A DNA stretch of 64,000 nucleotides. Source: Heteronotia binoei (Eukaryota). Shown here piece after piece: positions 12,665-24,766 of this stretch; the stretch's first letter is position 1; every line of letters starts with the position of its first letter. Both the position numbers and the translations under genes were made by a program. The DNA is taken from the NCBI RefSeq assembly GCF_032191835.1, contig NC_083235.1, forward strand, positions 18,228,001 through 18,292,000, read 5' to 3'. The notes under the pieces were generated by a model. The model made no database searches. It was not told where the DNA came from and saw nothing but the letters and a program-made list of their open reading frames with translations.

Positions 12665-13338
12665 TAGGCTTGCCAATCCCCAGGTCCCAGCGGGGGTTCT
12701 TCCGATTTCCCAGGCTCCTTCCCGCCCCCAGTCAGCTGGCCGGCAGGAGAGGGGAAAGCCCCGCCCCCAAAGCCACCATGTGACTATCCCCCTCCGGAGG
12801 CTCCAGTCTTTGACTGGAAAGCTTCCTCTTGGGATGGGGTGTCTGTGTTACTTGGAATAAGTTGGCTGCAACTTGTAAGTAGAGAGGCCAATCCCTCGCT
12901 TCAGAGTCGCCAAAAATGGGGTGGGAGGGAAATGTCTGCTAAGCACTTCATTATTCCCTATGTGGAGATCAATTCTCATAGGGTATAATGGGGAATTGAT
13001 CTGGAGGTTTTGGGGGCAATGGGGGAGCTGTTTTTTGAGGTAGAGGCACCAAATTTTCAGTATAGTATCTAGTGCCTCTCCCCAAATTACCCCCCAAGTT
13101 TCAAAACAATTAGACTACGGGATCCAATTCTATGAGCCCCAAAAGAAGGTGCCCCTATCCTTCATTATTTCCTATGGAAGGAAGACATTTAAAAAGGTGT
13201 GCTGTCCCTTTAAATGTGATGGCCAGAACTCCCTTGGAGTTCAATTATGCTTGTCACACGCTTTTTCCTGGCTCCGCCCCCAATGTCTCCTGGCTCCACC
13301 CCCAAAGTCCCCAGATATTTCTTGAATTGGCAACCCTA
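12665..13338. mobile_element. hAT-like MITE, TAGGGTTGCC-type TIR
   Basis: TIRs TAGGCTTGCC/GGCAACCCTA; perfect 8-bp TSD CACCCACC. Confidence 0.88.
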
Positions 13339-13403
13339 CACCCACCCCCCACCCTGTCTCTACTTCATTGCATCTCAAAACAAAACTGTAAAATGCTTTG
13401 AAG

Positions 13404-14208
13404 TAGGGTTCCCAAATCCCCCGCTAGGCCTGGAGACCCCCGATTTGGAGCCTCCTCCCCCCGCTGGCCATAAAAGGGAAAGCGGGGGGGAGGGGGAGAA
13501 CGGCAGCCCTTCCCACCCAGCCCCGATCGATCGCAGCAGCCAGAGCTCTTCCATTTTCTCAGGCTGCTTCCCGCCCCCAGTCAGCTGGCCGGTGAAGGGA
13601 GGGGAGCCCAGCCACTCCCCCAAAGGACCATGTGCCTTTGCGCCTCCGGAGGTGAGTTCTGCCGGCTTCCTATTCCATGCCATAAAGTGCCCAGCTGGTG
13701 TGCCTGTGTTGCTGTGAGAAGCTGGCAGCAACTCGTGAGTACAGAGTCCCCTGCATCAGATTTGCCAGAAATGGGGGGGGGGGGCGGGGGGGAGGGGGGT
13801 GGAGAGGGAAACGTCTTCTCATAGGGTATAATGGGGAATTGATCTGGAGGTTTCAGGGGCTCTGGGGGAGCTATTTTTTGAGGTAGAGGCACCAAATTTT
13901 CAATATAGTATCTAGTGCCTCTCCCCAAAGTATCCCCCAAATTTCAAAACGATTGGACCAGGGGGTCCAATTCTATGAGCCCCAAAAGAAGGTGCCCTTA
14001 TCCTTCATTATTTCCTATGGAAGGAAGACATTTAAAAAGGTGTGCTGTCCCTTTAAATGTGATGGCCAGAACTCTCTTGGAGTTCAATTATGCTTGTCAC
14101 ACTCTTGTTCCTGGCTCCGCCCCAAAGTCTCCTGGCTCCACCCCCAAAGTCTCCTGGCTCCACCCCCAAAGTCCCCAGATATTTCTTGAATTGGACTTGG
14201 CAACCCTA
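13404..14208. mobile_element. hAT-like MITE, same family
   Basis: TIRs TAGGGTTCCC/GGCAACCCTA; perfect 8-bp TSD CTTTGAAG. Confidence 0.88.
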
Positions 14209-14417
14209 CTTTGAAGACCAAAGAAAGAGAGGTAGCTTTTCTTTTTCCATACTCAGTCTTCTTAGTAAGAAGAAATTCTCTTCTTGTACAAGGGGCTCAA
14301 CTAAATATGAGCAGGGTGAACTTGAACAGAATGGTGCTTTTTGTATTTATAAATGCTTCCATTTACATTATCATCAAGCCCAGATCACAGTGGTTTACAA
14401 AAATATTCACCCTAGCC

Positions 14418-14927
14418 TAGGGTTGCCAAGTCCAATTCAAGAAACATCTGGGGACCTTGGGGTGGAGCCAGGAGACTTTGGGGGTGGAGCCAGAAGCAAG
14501 GTTCTGACAAGCATAATAGAACTCCAATGGGAGTTCTGGCCAACACATTTAAAGGGTCTGCGCACCTTTTAAATATCTTCCCTCTGTTGGAAATAATGAA
14601 GAATAGGGGCACCTTCTTTTGGGGCTCATAGAATTGGACCCCCTGGTCCAATCCTTTTGAAACTTGGAAGGTGTTTTGAGGAGCGGCATCAGATGCTATG
14701 CTGAAAATTTGGTGCCTCTAACTCAAAGAACAGCCCCCCTCCTAGAGCCCCAGATATCTAAAGATCAATTCTCCATTATTCCCTATTGAAATCGGGTCTC
14801 CGGGAATAATGGAGTCCCCAGTAGACATTTCCCTCTCCCCTCACCCTGCTTTCTGATGACCCTGAAGTGAGGGGAGGGCCTCCAAACCAGGGGATCCTCT
14901 GTCCCCACCTGGGGATTGGCATCCCTA
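14418..14927. mobile_element. hAT-like MITE, same family, opposite orientation
   Basis: TIRs TAGGGTTGCC/GGCATCCCTA; TSD 6/8 (CCCTAGCC/CCCCATCC); interior is the reverse complement of the two upstream copies. Confidence 0.82.
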
Positions 14928-14944
14928 CCCCATCCTGGAGAGTC

Positions 14945-15140
14945 CATGATGGCTTCAGCTTGGCTAATCTCTGAAACTAAATATGGGTCAACTCTGGTTA
15001 GTACTTGGATGGGAGATCATCAAGGAAGTCCAGAGCTGCTGCACAGAGGGCTACATAGAGCTTCTGTTTCTCCCTTGCCTTGAAACCTCTATGGGGGTCA
15101 GTAAAATTCAGTTATTACTTGATGGCACTTTCCACAACCA
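14945..15140 (+). mobile_element. 5S rRNA-derived SINE (SINE3-type), degenerate
   Basis: TGGTTAGTACTTGGATGGGAGA (14995-15016) matches the vertebrate 5S internal control region; it is followed by non-5S sequence ending in a retroposon-like tail. Confidence 0.65.
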
Positions 15141-15292
15141 TAAGTGATTATCAGCTCCATAGGCTCTGCAGTTTTCTGTGAATTTTATAGGGCAGAGAGT
15201 TACAAGGGCATCTGGCTTCAGTTAAGTAAAAGGCAAGAATTTAAAATTGTAATTTTTTTCAAAGCCAAAGACAAGTTTATTTTAATTTTAGG

Positions 15293-15472
15293 CAATGCTT
15301 TTTTTGTAGCAGGACCTCCTTTGCATATTAGGCCCCCACCCCGATGTAGCCAATCTTCATGGAGCTTACAGGAGGCCCTGTAAGAAGACCCCTGTAAGCT
15401 CTTGGAGGATTGGCTACATCAGGGGTGTGTGGCCTAATATGCAAAGGCGTCCCTGCTACAAGAAAAGCCCTG
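15293..15472. mobile_element. Palindromic MITE, CAGGGCTTTTTTTG-type TIR
   Basis: Fold-back structure homologous to 32297-32477; TSD poorly preserved. Confidence 0.7.
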
Positions 15473-16193
15473 GCTGTAGGCAATCAAGACTACCAAGAAT
15501 TTATGATACAGAAGATTAAAAGAAAAAATTTAATTTAATTTAAACTTTGAAGCATTCTGTAAAATCATTTAAAAGCTTTTTTGTACATTCACAATAGGAT
15601 ATACACAGATTTGTGAAGCCCNNNNNNNNNNNNNNNNNNNNNNNNNNNNNNNNNNNNNNNNNNNNNNNNNNNNNNNNNNNNNNNNNNNNNNNNNNNNNNN
15701 NNNNNNNNNNNNNNNNNNNNNNNNNNNNNNNNNNNNNNNNNNNNNNNNNNNNNNNNTGTTTGCCCTGATGTTGTGTAACTATTAAAATAGTGTACAGAAA
15801 GGTTTAAATCTTCAAAATCTTTAAAATCCAATTTTGTAAATATTTACAAGTTTGGGACGATTTCATAGAATGTTTCTTTGTCCATCAGAGTTTTAATTTA
15901 GTTTTATTTTTTCACTCTTTGTATCATATCTTCCAGGTATGTCTACAACTAAGAGAAGCCTGAATCTGAATATAATAAAATTTGAAAAACCAAAACAAGA
16001 GAGGAAACAAGCAAACTCAGGTCTTTTCTTTTATAGCCTTATTCTTCTTATAACACAGGCTAGGCTTATAACTGTTAACATGTGAGTGTTCTTTTTGTTA
16101 TTCATCTACCCATTTCTCCCAGTTGGCAGCCTAAACATTAAATCAGTCTCCTCACACAACTCCTTGCCCAGGGGGGAAGATGCGAAGCGGACA

Positions 16194-17126
16194 ATGAACT
16201 ACAGTGAGATGGTGGTGACTGAGTTCATTTTGCTTGGTCTCTCCAACCATCCTGTAGCTCGGGCCATCCTGTTCTGGATTGTTCTGGTTATCTACCTCAT
16301 CAGCTTAATGGCGAATGGTCTGATGATTATATCGATCATTACTGACTCCCACCTCCATACCCCCATGTACTTTTTCCTCAGCAACCTCTCCTTCCTGGAC
16401 ATTTGCTACACCAGTAGCAGCCTCCCACAGGTCCTGGTTACTCTCACCACAAAAAGAGCTACCATTTCCTTTGTGGCCTGCATGGCCCAGATACATATCA
16501 GCCTGTATCTAGGCACCACTGAGTGTGTCCTCCTGGCTGTCATGTCATACGACCGCTTTGTGGCCATATGCAGCCCACTGCACTACACAGTGATCATGAG
16601 CTGGAGAGTTTGTGTCCAAATGGCCATTGGAACATGGGGTATTGGCTTTATCCTGACCCTCATCCCTACAGTCATAGGCCCTAAACGATTCTGTGGCTCT
16701 AATGTCATCAACCACTTCACTTGTGAGGCCCAAACAGTTAGCAAGTTGATCTGTGGAGACACCCACATCAGTGATATTGTCTCTTTTATAACTGGTGTAT
16801 TGGCCCTTATTATTCCATTTGCTTTTATCTTGGTGACATATTTGAGAATTGGCCAGGCAGTCTGGCAGATCCGTTCTGACCAGGGATGGAGCAAGGCTCT
16901 TTCTACCTGTAGCTCTCACCTAATTGTTGTTGGCATCTTCTATGGTTCAGCCATGTCCATGTACCTTCAACCAAAATCCAAATACACCTCTGACGGGGAC
17001 AAGATGGTCTCTCTTCTCTATAAAGCTGTGACTCCCATGCTGAACCCTCTGATATATAGTCTGAGGAACAAGGATGTGAAACAGGCATTGCAGAAACTCT
17101 TTGGAGGAAAGCAATCTGGATATTAA
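16194..17126 (+). CDS. Olfactory receptor, class II (family 2/13-like), 310 aa, intact
   Basis: LHTPMYFFLSNLS, MSYDRFVAIC, KALSTCSSHL, PMLNPLIYSLRNKDV; seven hydrophobic segments; first ATG used instead of the track's GTG at 16086. Confidence 0.95.
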   Translation: MNYSEMVVTEFILLGLSNHPVARAILFWIVLVIYLISLMANGLMIISIITDSHLHTPMYFFLSNLSFLDICYTSSSLPQVLVTLTTKRATISFVACMAQIHISLYLGTTECVLLAVMSYDRFVAICSPLHYTVIMSWRVCVQMAIGTWGIGFILTLIPTVIGPKRFCGSNVINHFTCEAQTVSKLICGDTHISDIVSFITGVLALIIPFAFILVTYLRIGQAVWQIRSDQGWSKALSTCSSHLIVVGIFYGSAMSMYLQPKSKYTSDGDKMVSLLYKAVTPMLNPLIYSLRNKDVKQALQKLFGGKQSGY

Positions 17127-17744
17127 ATGGACTTCTTCACCTTTTGTCTGCCGCTATCTCTGGACCACTTTTATTTTGTTTATTGTTCTTAACAATGTAC
17201 ACTAAAGTTTTGACTAATATAATATTTCTTAAATTTGTTTTTGGATGAGTTGGTTTCCCATTCATGGAGAAGCAGGATATTCAATACCATTGTTATGTAT
17301 TGTTATTATCAGTGAAGTCTGAAGACAAATGTGTCAGACTAGTTCTTGGGAGACCAAGATTAAAACAATCTCCTATAACATTTTCTTTTTTACTTTGAAC
17401 TAGACCGCCTCAGTTAGCCTAACCTACTTCACATTGTTCTAGTAAATATAAAATGGAGATGGAATGAACGATCTATGCCACCCTGAGCTTCTTTCAGGAA
17501 AAGTAGTATTGCATATCTTGTGGAAAATATTGGAGTGGTCCCTTTATGAAAGCAACCCATGAAATGTTTAAGTCATTTCTACATTGTTTGAAGCACTTAA
17601 AATCAGTTGAAGCCTATAAGCTTGTAGATTTAGCTGCTAGAATAGAATCTAGGTCAGAGAGGTAGTTTAGCTAAGGAGAATTAGATAAACAGAGGCTAAA
17701 TGGCCATTTGGCAGCAATGAAAATCCTGTGAATTTAGGAGGAGT

Positions 17745-17825
17745 ATTTGTGAGTTCCCTGCATTGTGCAGGGGGTTGGACTAGATGACCCTGGAGGTCCC
17801 TTCCAGCTCTATTATTCTATGAATT
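17745..17825 (+). mobile_element. CR1 extreme 3' end fragment
   Basis: GGGTTGGACTAGATGACC...GGTCCCTTCCAGCTCT followed by an ATTCTATG-type tail. Confidence 0.65.
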
Positions 17826-18460
17826 TGGGGGGGGGGAGTATTTTGGCTGGAAATATGCCTATCTGACTGAAGTGGGGAAAATTATATAAGAGAAAAGTTC
17901 TCATCAGACATTAGCTGAGTCCAGCTTGAGATCTAAAGATAGATGGACATTAGCCAGTATGGGTGTCTAGCTGCTCTTGAAGCTAGTGAGAAAATTGTCA
18001 GATCAACCTGGGAAGAGAGATATTTATCAGTGATAACTGAGAGAAGAGAAAGAAATTTCCCAGGACAGAGTCTATATAAGCTTCAGAAATTTCCCACCAT
18101 CTTGCTGTCCCCTCAGAGGGTCCAAAGGCAGCTCTGGGGTGATTAGCCACAAGCTTGGTTAAAGATCTTTAACACAAGATTTGCTAACTAAGATTGAGTT
18201 GATAGAATTTAGAGAAGAGAAAGAATGAGAANNNNNNNNNNNNNNNNNNNNNNNNNNNNNNNNNNNNNNNNNNNNNNNNNNNNNNNNNNNNNNNNNNNNN
18301 NNNNNNNNNNNNNNNNNNNNNNNNNNNNNNNNNNNNNNNNNNNNNNNNNNNNNNNNNNNNNNNNNNNNNNNNNNNNNNNNNNNNNNNNNNNNNNNNNNNN
18401 NNNNNNNNNNNNNNNNNNNNNNNNNNNNNNNNNNNNNNNNNNNNNNNNNNNNNNNNNNNN

Positions 18461-18722
18461 TGGTTAAGTGTGCGGACTCTTACCTGGGAGAACTGGGTTT
18501 GATTCCCCACTCCTCCACTTGCACCTGCTGGAATGGCCTTGGGTCAGCCATAGCTCTGGCAGAGGTTGTCCTTGAAAGGACAGCTGCTGTGAGAGCCCTC
18601 TCAGCCCCACCCACCTCACAGGGTGTCTGTTGTGGGGGAGGAAGGCAAAGGAGATTGTGAGCCACTCTGCGTCTCTGATTCAGGGAGAAGGGCGGGATAT
18701 AAATCTGCAATTCTTCTTCTTC
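18461..18722 (+). mobile_element. tRNA-derived SINE with L2-like tail
   Basis: A-box-like TGGTTAAGTG and B-box-like GGTTTGATTCC; (TTC)n tail; 5' end runs into a gap. Confidence 0.85.
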
Positions 18723-19085
18723 TACTATGCTATGAGTACACTGTTTTGAGAGAACACTGGAAAATAAAATCTTATCTGCTGTTTATGAAGAAGTCTCTGT
18801 GTCCCATGCATTAGATCCTGTGAGAAATAGGTGCTTTGGGGAGTATGGTAAGAGTATGGTTTATGAATTATAAAAAGAGAAAATTCCTGTCAAGCATTGA
18901 TGTTTCTCAATAACCAGTCTTTTGTTTTGAATCAAAAGTTGCTTTATTGTAAGAAACTCAGAAGCTTTACCAAGGGCACATGCCTTGGAAGTAATGACAT
19001 ATACAGTGTTACACAGTTGCTATATATAGGATATCTTCAAAGGGTACCATACAGATGCCAGCTTGAGTCACGGGTTCAAGGGTTG

Positions 19086-19298
19086 AACATATGAACATAT
19101 GAAGCTGCCTTATACTGAATCAGACCCTTGGTCCATCAAAGTCAGTATTGTCTTCTCAGACTGGCAGCGGCTCTCCAGTGTCTCAAGCTGTGGTTTTCAC
19201 ACCTATTTGCCTGGACCCTTTTTTGGAGATGCCAGGGATTGAATCTGGGACCTTCTGCTTCCCAAGCAGATGCTCTACCACTGAGCCACCGTCCCTCC
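19086..19298 (-). mobile_element. tRNA-head SINE with CR1-like 3' tail
   Basis: Minus strand reads GTGGCTCAGTGGTAGAGC...GATTCAATCCC (A/B boxes) and ends in a repeated TTCATATG tail. Confidence 0.8.
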
Positions 19299-20299
19299 AA
19301 TAGTACTACATACTATCTCTTTTATTGCTAAGGAATTCAGGCTATTAAAAAAATCTCCCTTTCTCACACTTCTCTAAGCACAGATAAGAGTTGTCTGTGT
19401 GAACCTGGGGAAGAGGCGACATGAAAGTGGTACCAGCCAGGCTGTAGCATAAACATCCTTGGGCCAGATGGATTTATTACTTGCACAGGTTGTAAAGTAG
19501 GGGGGAGCAGTAGAAAACGGGTGACTTGCTCCTCGTCCAAGGAACCATTATGTTACAGAAATATGCATGCTTGACGATTCCCCAACAGCATTTAAATGCA
19601 ATCGCTTGTTAGACTGGCTTCAGGAGAAACAGCTGAGGGACTGGAAACTCCACTCTGTCCAGTTGTTTGGTTTAAATGCTGTTCACAAACCATCATGAGC
19701 CATCATGAATTGTGCCCAATGTTCATGGCAGTTCATCCCAGTTTTTCTGTTCATGAACTTAGGTTTGCAAATCCCAAACAGGCAAAAAAATGTGATGAAC
19801 TTTAGTTTGTCAGTTTGTGCCCATCCCTATTGCCTGGTGCCTGCTTTCTTTCTTTTAGGTGCCAGACTCAAGCACATCTAGGTTTTTAAATAGGGGTTTT
19901 GTCTTAGCTTTTAATGGCCTACTTCTGTTTTATGGGTAGTTTTTATGTAGCTTATGTCCAACAGCTTGGTTTTTAATGGCTTGAATTTCAATGGCTTTTA
20001 AAATGTTGTGCTTCTTAATTCTAAGACACCTTGAGCAGGACTCTAACAAGGTGGCATAGAAATATTCTAACTACATAAATCATAAAGGGACAGGATATGT
20101 ATGCATGATGCAAGCACATTCCATTTCAGTTAGCAATAATAATAAAAGGATGACTTGTATTTTCCCAAGTGACTTTTGCAAAGAAAAAAATGTGCGTTTA
20201 TAGAAGACTTGCAAATAATCACTGACAATCAAAGACTCTGATACATCTACACACTTTGATCACAGTCCAATGAAGAGTGCTTTTTTGTAGCTTGGACAT

Positions 20300-20387
<88 letters not shown>

Positions 20388-20388
20388 T
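20300..20388. repeat. (TTTC)n microsatellite
   Basis: Directly visible pure run. Confidence 0.97.
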
Positions 20389-20464
20389 CGCCATTTTGTG
20401 TCCCTCTAAGGAGAAAACTGGTTTTAAAAATGCATCAGCATATCAATCATGGTTGTACTGTGCA

Positions 20465-21300
20465 CTCTCTGTTGCCACCATTTTCTTATTGGGTTTATCT
20501 AATCCCTGGAGCTCTAATAAGACAAGATATGATGCAACCAAACATTGAGAATTCCCTGAACAACAGAGTTTCTTTAAACAGAAAACTGAATCGCTGAGAA
20601 GCAACTTTCATTACCAGAAACTGAGACTACTTACTCTGAAACATGAATTCTTGTCTTGATATCTTTTCCCCAAACTCAGTCCTGTGGAAGGGACTGGTAT
20701 TCTATGCTACCCTGTTTGTTCACCTTGAGCACACTGTTCAGCTGCTGTTCTAGTATCTGAAAAACTTTACATTCCAGACTGTCTACCAGAAGTAAGAATC
20801 TTCCAGTGGTTCAAATAATTTTACTTCCTCCAATGCAGAAGAGTCCTTGGCATATTCCAGACATGAAGGCAGGGAAGGAGATTTTTGAGGAATCCATTTT
20901 CAGAAGTTCACTCCCTGTCTGCTTCCCATGAAGCTACTTAATCAGACCATCAGACCATCAAGGCCAGTACACTGGCTGTCGGTAGTGCTCTAGGTTTCAG
21001 ATACAGCTTTTTCATATCACCCATTTCCTTGTTCTTTTTACTGGAAATGCCAGGGATTGAACCTGGGGCCTTCCACATGTCAAGCAGAGGCTGTACCACA
21101 AGCATAGACTCTCCCTCAAGAGTGTTACATTGGGATCTGGGGGGCCCAGGTTCTAATCTCCACTCTGTCTTGAAGCTGACTACATGATCTTTGTCCAGGC
21201 ACTCTTTTCCAGCTGAAATTACCTCACAGGGTTCTTGTGAGGAAAAAACTGAGGAGGGGAGAACAAAGTATGCTGGTCTGAATTCCTCAGCAGGAAAGGT
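20465..21300 (+). repeat. OR cassette block A, copy 2
   Basis: Homologous to copy 1; the homology extends upstream (19640-20280 matches 9090-9715). Confidence 0.85.
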
Positions 21301-21736
21301 GAGATAAAACATTGATTTGAATTATAGAATCAAAACACAATCCAAACAAAGCTTTACTTACCTTAGCCTCCTGAGCTCTGTGGCTTACTAGGGTGTAACT
21401 CTGCTTACAATGGCAGTATAACAATAGCAGTGCCATAGTTACTCTTCCAAGCCCATGAATTTCAATGGACTTAGAAAGGTGTAGAGTTCTGTGCAGATTT
21501 ACTCCAGTCTAAATCCACTGGAATCAATAGGTTTAATGTGAAGTAGCTCTGCATAGGATTGTACATAGGAGTGCTATAAACAGTGCTGAATAACGTAAAA
21601 TCAAAATTGGCGTAATCACTATACCAAGTTCTGGTGATCTTTTCGAACTAAGATTTTAGCTAAAGAGAATGGATTCAGACATCTTCCTTAATAGCAAAAA
21701 GCAGATGTGAGAAGTGCTAGGAGTATGCACTTGTAT

Positions 21737-21775
21737 GGCAAAAAACATCTGGAGAGCTACCATTGGCCACCCCTG
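21737..21775. mobile_element. Terminal fragment of a hAT MITE
   Basis: GGCAAAAAACATCTGGAGAGCTACCATTGGCCACCCCTG matches the end of the MITE at 49434-49557; followed by GTCTAGAC. Confidence 0.8.
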
Positions 21776-21836
21776 GTCTAGACAATAAAGCAGTCTCCTC
21801 ACGCACCTTCTTACCCGGGGAGAACATGCAAAGCAG

Positions 21837-23742
21837 ATGATGAACAACAGTGAGATAGTGGTGACTGAGTACATTTTGCTTGGTCTCTCCAGCTCTCCTG
21901 TAGCTCAGACCATCTTCTTCTGGATTGTTCTGGTTATCTACCTCATCAGCTTAATGGCGAATGGTCTGATGGTTATACTGATCATTACTGACTCCCACCT
22001 CCATACACCCATGTACTTTTTCCTCAGCAACCTCTCCTTCCTCGACATTTGCTTCACCAGCACCACCCTTCCACAGGGCTTGGTTACTTACACCACAGAG
22101 AGAACATCCATTTCCTTCATGGGCTGCATGGCCCAGATATACATTGGCCAGTATTTAGGCACCACGGAGTGTGTCCTCCTGGCTGTCATGGCATACAACC
22201 GCTTTGTGGCCATATGCAGCCCTTTACACTACACAGTGATCATGAGTTGGAAAATTTGTGTCCAAATGGCCATTGGAACTTGGGGTGCTGGTTTTATCCT
22301 GACCCTCATCCCTACCGTCACAGGCCCTAAATGGTTCTGTGGCTCTAATATAATCAACCACTTCACTTGTGAAGCCCAAACAGTTAGCAAGCTGATCTGT
22401 GGAGACACCCACTTTAGTGATATTGTCTCTTTTATCAGAGGCGTACTGGCCCTTATTGTACCATTTACTTTTATCTTGGTGACATATTTGAGAATCAGCC
22501 TGGCAGTTTGGCAGATCTGTTCTGACCAAAAGTTTGTGTCCAAATGGCCATTGGAACTTGGGGTGCTGGTTTTATCCTGACCCTCATCTAGGGTTGCCAA
22601 GTCCAATTTAAAAAATATCTGGGGACTTTGGGAGTGGAGCCAGGAGACACTGGGGTGGAGTTAGGGGGAGGGGGAAAATGGTGCCGGGGAGCGTGGCGAG
22701 CCGCCCTGTCTCGAAGCGGGCGACGTCGCTGCGCTGCTGCCGCCTCTTCTCGGCTCGCCATGGCTGCTCCTCCGAGATGGGCTCAGGCTGGGCCCATCTC
22801 GGAGGAGCAGCTGCGGTGGGTGGGGAGGGGGCGGTAGGGGCACGGCGCGGCGGCATCGCCCACTTCGGGATGGGGCGGCTCGCCATGCTCCTTGGCGCCG
22901 TTTCCCCCCTCCCCCCACTTCCATTTTTTTGGGAGCGGGGGAAGAGGCTGGAAATCCTGGGGTCCCCCACCAGGGCGGGAGGGTTGGGAAGCCTACCCTC
23001 ATCCCTACAGTCATAGGCCCTAAACGGTTCTGTGGCTCTAATATAATCAACCACTTCACTTGTGAAGCCCAATCAGTTAGCAAGCTGATCTGTGGAGACA
23101 CCCACTTTAGTGATATTGTCTCGTTTATCAGCGGCGTACTGGCCCTTATTGTACCATTTACTTTTATCTTGGCGACATATTTGAGAATCGGCCTGGCAGT
23201 TTGGCAGTTCCGTTCTGACCAAAAGTTTGTGTCCAAATGGCCATTGAACTTGGGGTGCTGGTTTTATCCTGACCCTCATCCCTACCGTCACAGGCCCTAA
23301 ACAGTTCTGTGGCTCTAATATAATCAACCACTTCACTTGTGAGGCCCAAACAGTTACCAAGCTGATCTGTGGAAACAACTACTTCAGTGATATTGTCTCT
23401 TTTATCAGCAGTGCACTGGTCCTTATTGTACCATTTACATTTATCTTGGTAATGTATTTGCAAATCATCCTGGCAGTTTGGCAGATCCATTCTGACCAGG
23501 GCTGGAGCAAGGCTGTTTCTACCTGTAGCTCCCACCTAGTTGTTGTTGGCGTCTTCTATGGTTCAGCCATGTCCATGTACCTTCATCCAAAATCCAAGTA
23601 CACCCCTGACAGGGAACAGATGATCTCTCTTCTCTATGATGCTGTGACTCCTATGCTCAGTCCTCTGATATATAGCTTGAGGAACAAGGATGTGAAAGAG
23701 GCACTGTGGAAACTCTTTGGAGGAAAGCGATCTGGACATTAA
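21837..23742 (+). pseudogene. Olfactory receptor pseudogene with triplicated TM4-ECL2-TM5 segment and MITE insertion
   Basis: OR N-half from 21837; a 278-bp unit occurs three times (starts 22251, 22529, 23222); frameshift gives TGA at 22578-22580; C-half open 23248-23742; MAYNRF replaces MAYDRF. Confidence 0.93.
22589..22995. mobile_element. hAT-like MITE (TAGGGTTGCC TIR), GC-rich interior
   Basis: Perfect 8-bp TSD CCCTCATC (22581-22588 and 22996-23003). Confidence 0.88.
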
Positions 23743-24226
23743 ATGGACTTCTTCACCTTTTGTCTCCCACTATCTCTGGACCACTTTTCTTTTGTTTATT
23801 ATTTTAACTTGTTCTTAACATTGTACACTTTCATGCTGCCTAATATAATCTTTCTTCAATTTGTTTTTGGATTAGTTGGTTTCCCATTCATGGAGCAGCA
23901 GGATATTCAATACTGTTGCTATGTACTGTTGTTATCAGTGAAGTCTGAAGACAAATGTGTCAGACTAGTTCTTAGGAGACCAAGATTAAAACAATCCGCT
24001 ATAACGTTTGCTTTTTTACTTTGAACTAGACAGTCTCGGTTAGCATAACGTACCTCACATTGTTCTGCAAATATAAAATGGAGATGGAATATCTATGCCA
24101 CCCTGAGCTTCTTGTAGGAAAAGTAAGATTGCATTTAAATGTTATAGCATGTTAGACTGGCTATGCTTGGGTGTATTACAAATTTTCTATCCTTATCTTT
24201 TCCAATTTTTTTTTCAAATTTGAGGA

Positions 24227-24502
24227 TAGGGTTGACAGATTCATGGTTGGAGCGGGGTTTCCCCCCATTTCAGGGGCTCTAATTTACCACCAGCTAGTTG
24301 GATGGCAGGGGAAGCCCCACCCACAAACAGCCCCCTCTGACACCAACATCATGGTGACATGATGTGCAGTGGTATCACTCCACCCTCCCTACTCCTGGAA
24401 ACCTCCCTCCCGCCCACCCCCGGATGGGTAAATAGCTGCCCTGAGCCTGCCTCAGCAGGGAAGATGGGGTATTGATCAAACTAATAAATAAATAAAACCC
24501 TA
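24227..24502. mobile_element. Possible hAT-like MITE (TAGGGTTG...AACCCTA)
   Basis: Short TIR match; TSD 7/8 (TTTGAGGA/TCTGAGGA). Confidence 0.5.
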
Positions 24503-24766
24503 TCTGAGGATGAGGAGAGTAAGGGATCAAGAGTAAAAGTACTGAGAAACATTGTGTCCATGTACATAGCTCACTCACCCTAAGAACATAAGAAAAGCCA
24601 TGTTGGATCAGACCAATGGCCCATCCAGTCCAATACTCTGTGTCACACAGTGGCCAAAAAAACAGGTGCTTTCAGGAGGTCCATCTGTGGAGCCAGGACA
24701 TCAGGAGCCCTCCCACTGTTGCCCCCCCAAGGACCAAGAATACAGAGCATCACTGCTTCAGACAGA

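Noticed and set aside
13132-14651. Repeated ORFs MSPKRRCPY... and MDQGVQFYEP...
   Set aside because: They are chance frames in copies of one MITE, with no transposase motifs.
14945-15040. 5S rRNA gene
   Set aside because: Only the internal control region matches well; the rest is diverged and joined to a retroposon-like tail.
16086-16193. GTG-initiated 35-36 aa N-terminal extensions of the ORs (also at 30586 and 59482)
   Set aside because: They span a pyrimidine tract and a conserved AG acceptor. The equivalent frame before the OR at 47675 has an in-frame TAA. They are better explained as intron and UTR.
19200-19298. tRNA genes (here and at other SINE heads)
   Set aside because: A/B boxes run directly into SINE bodies; no complete cloverleaf could be supported.
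21837-23742. Frame restoration in the triplicated OR (2 x 278 - 1 = 555 nt)
   Set aside because: A TGA at 22578-22580 stops translation in the second unit, before the MITE, so no extended receptor can be made without unsupported splicing.
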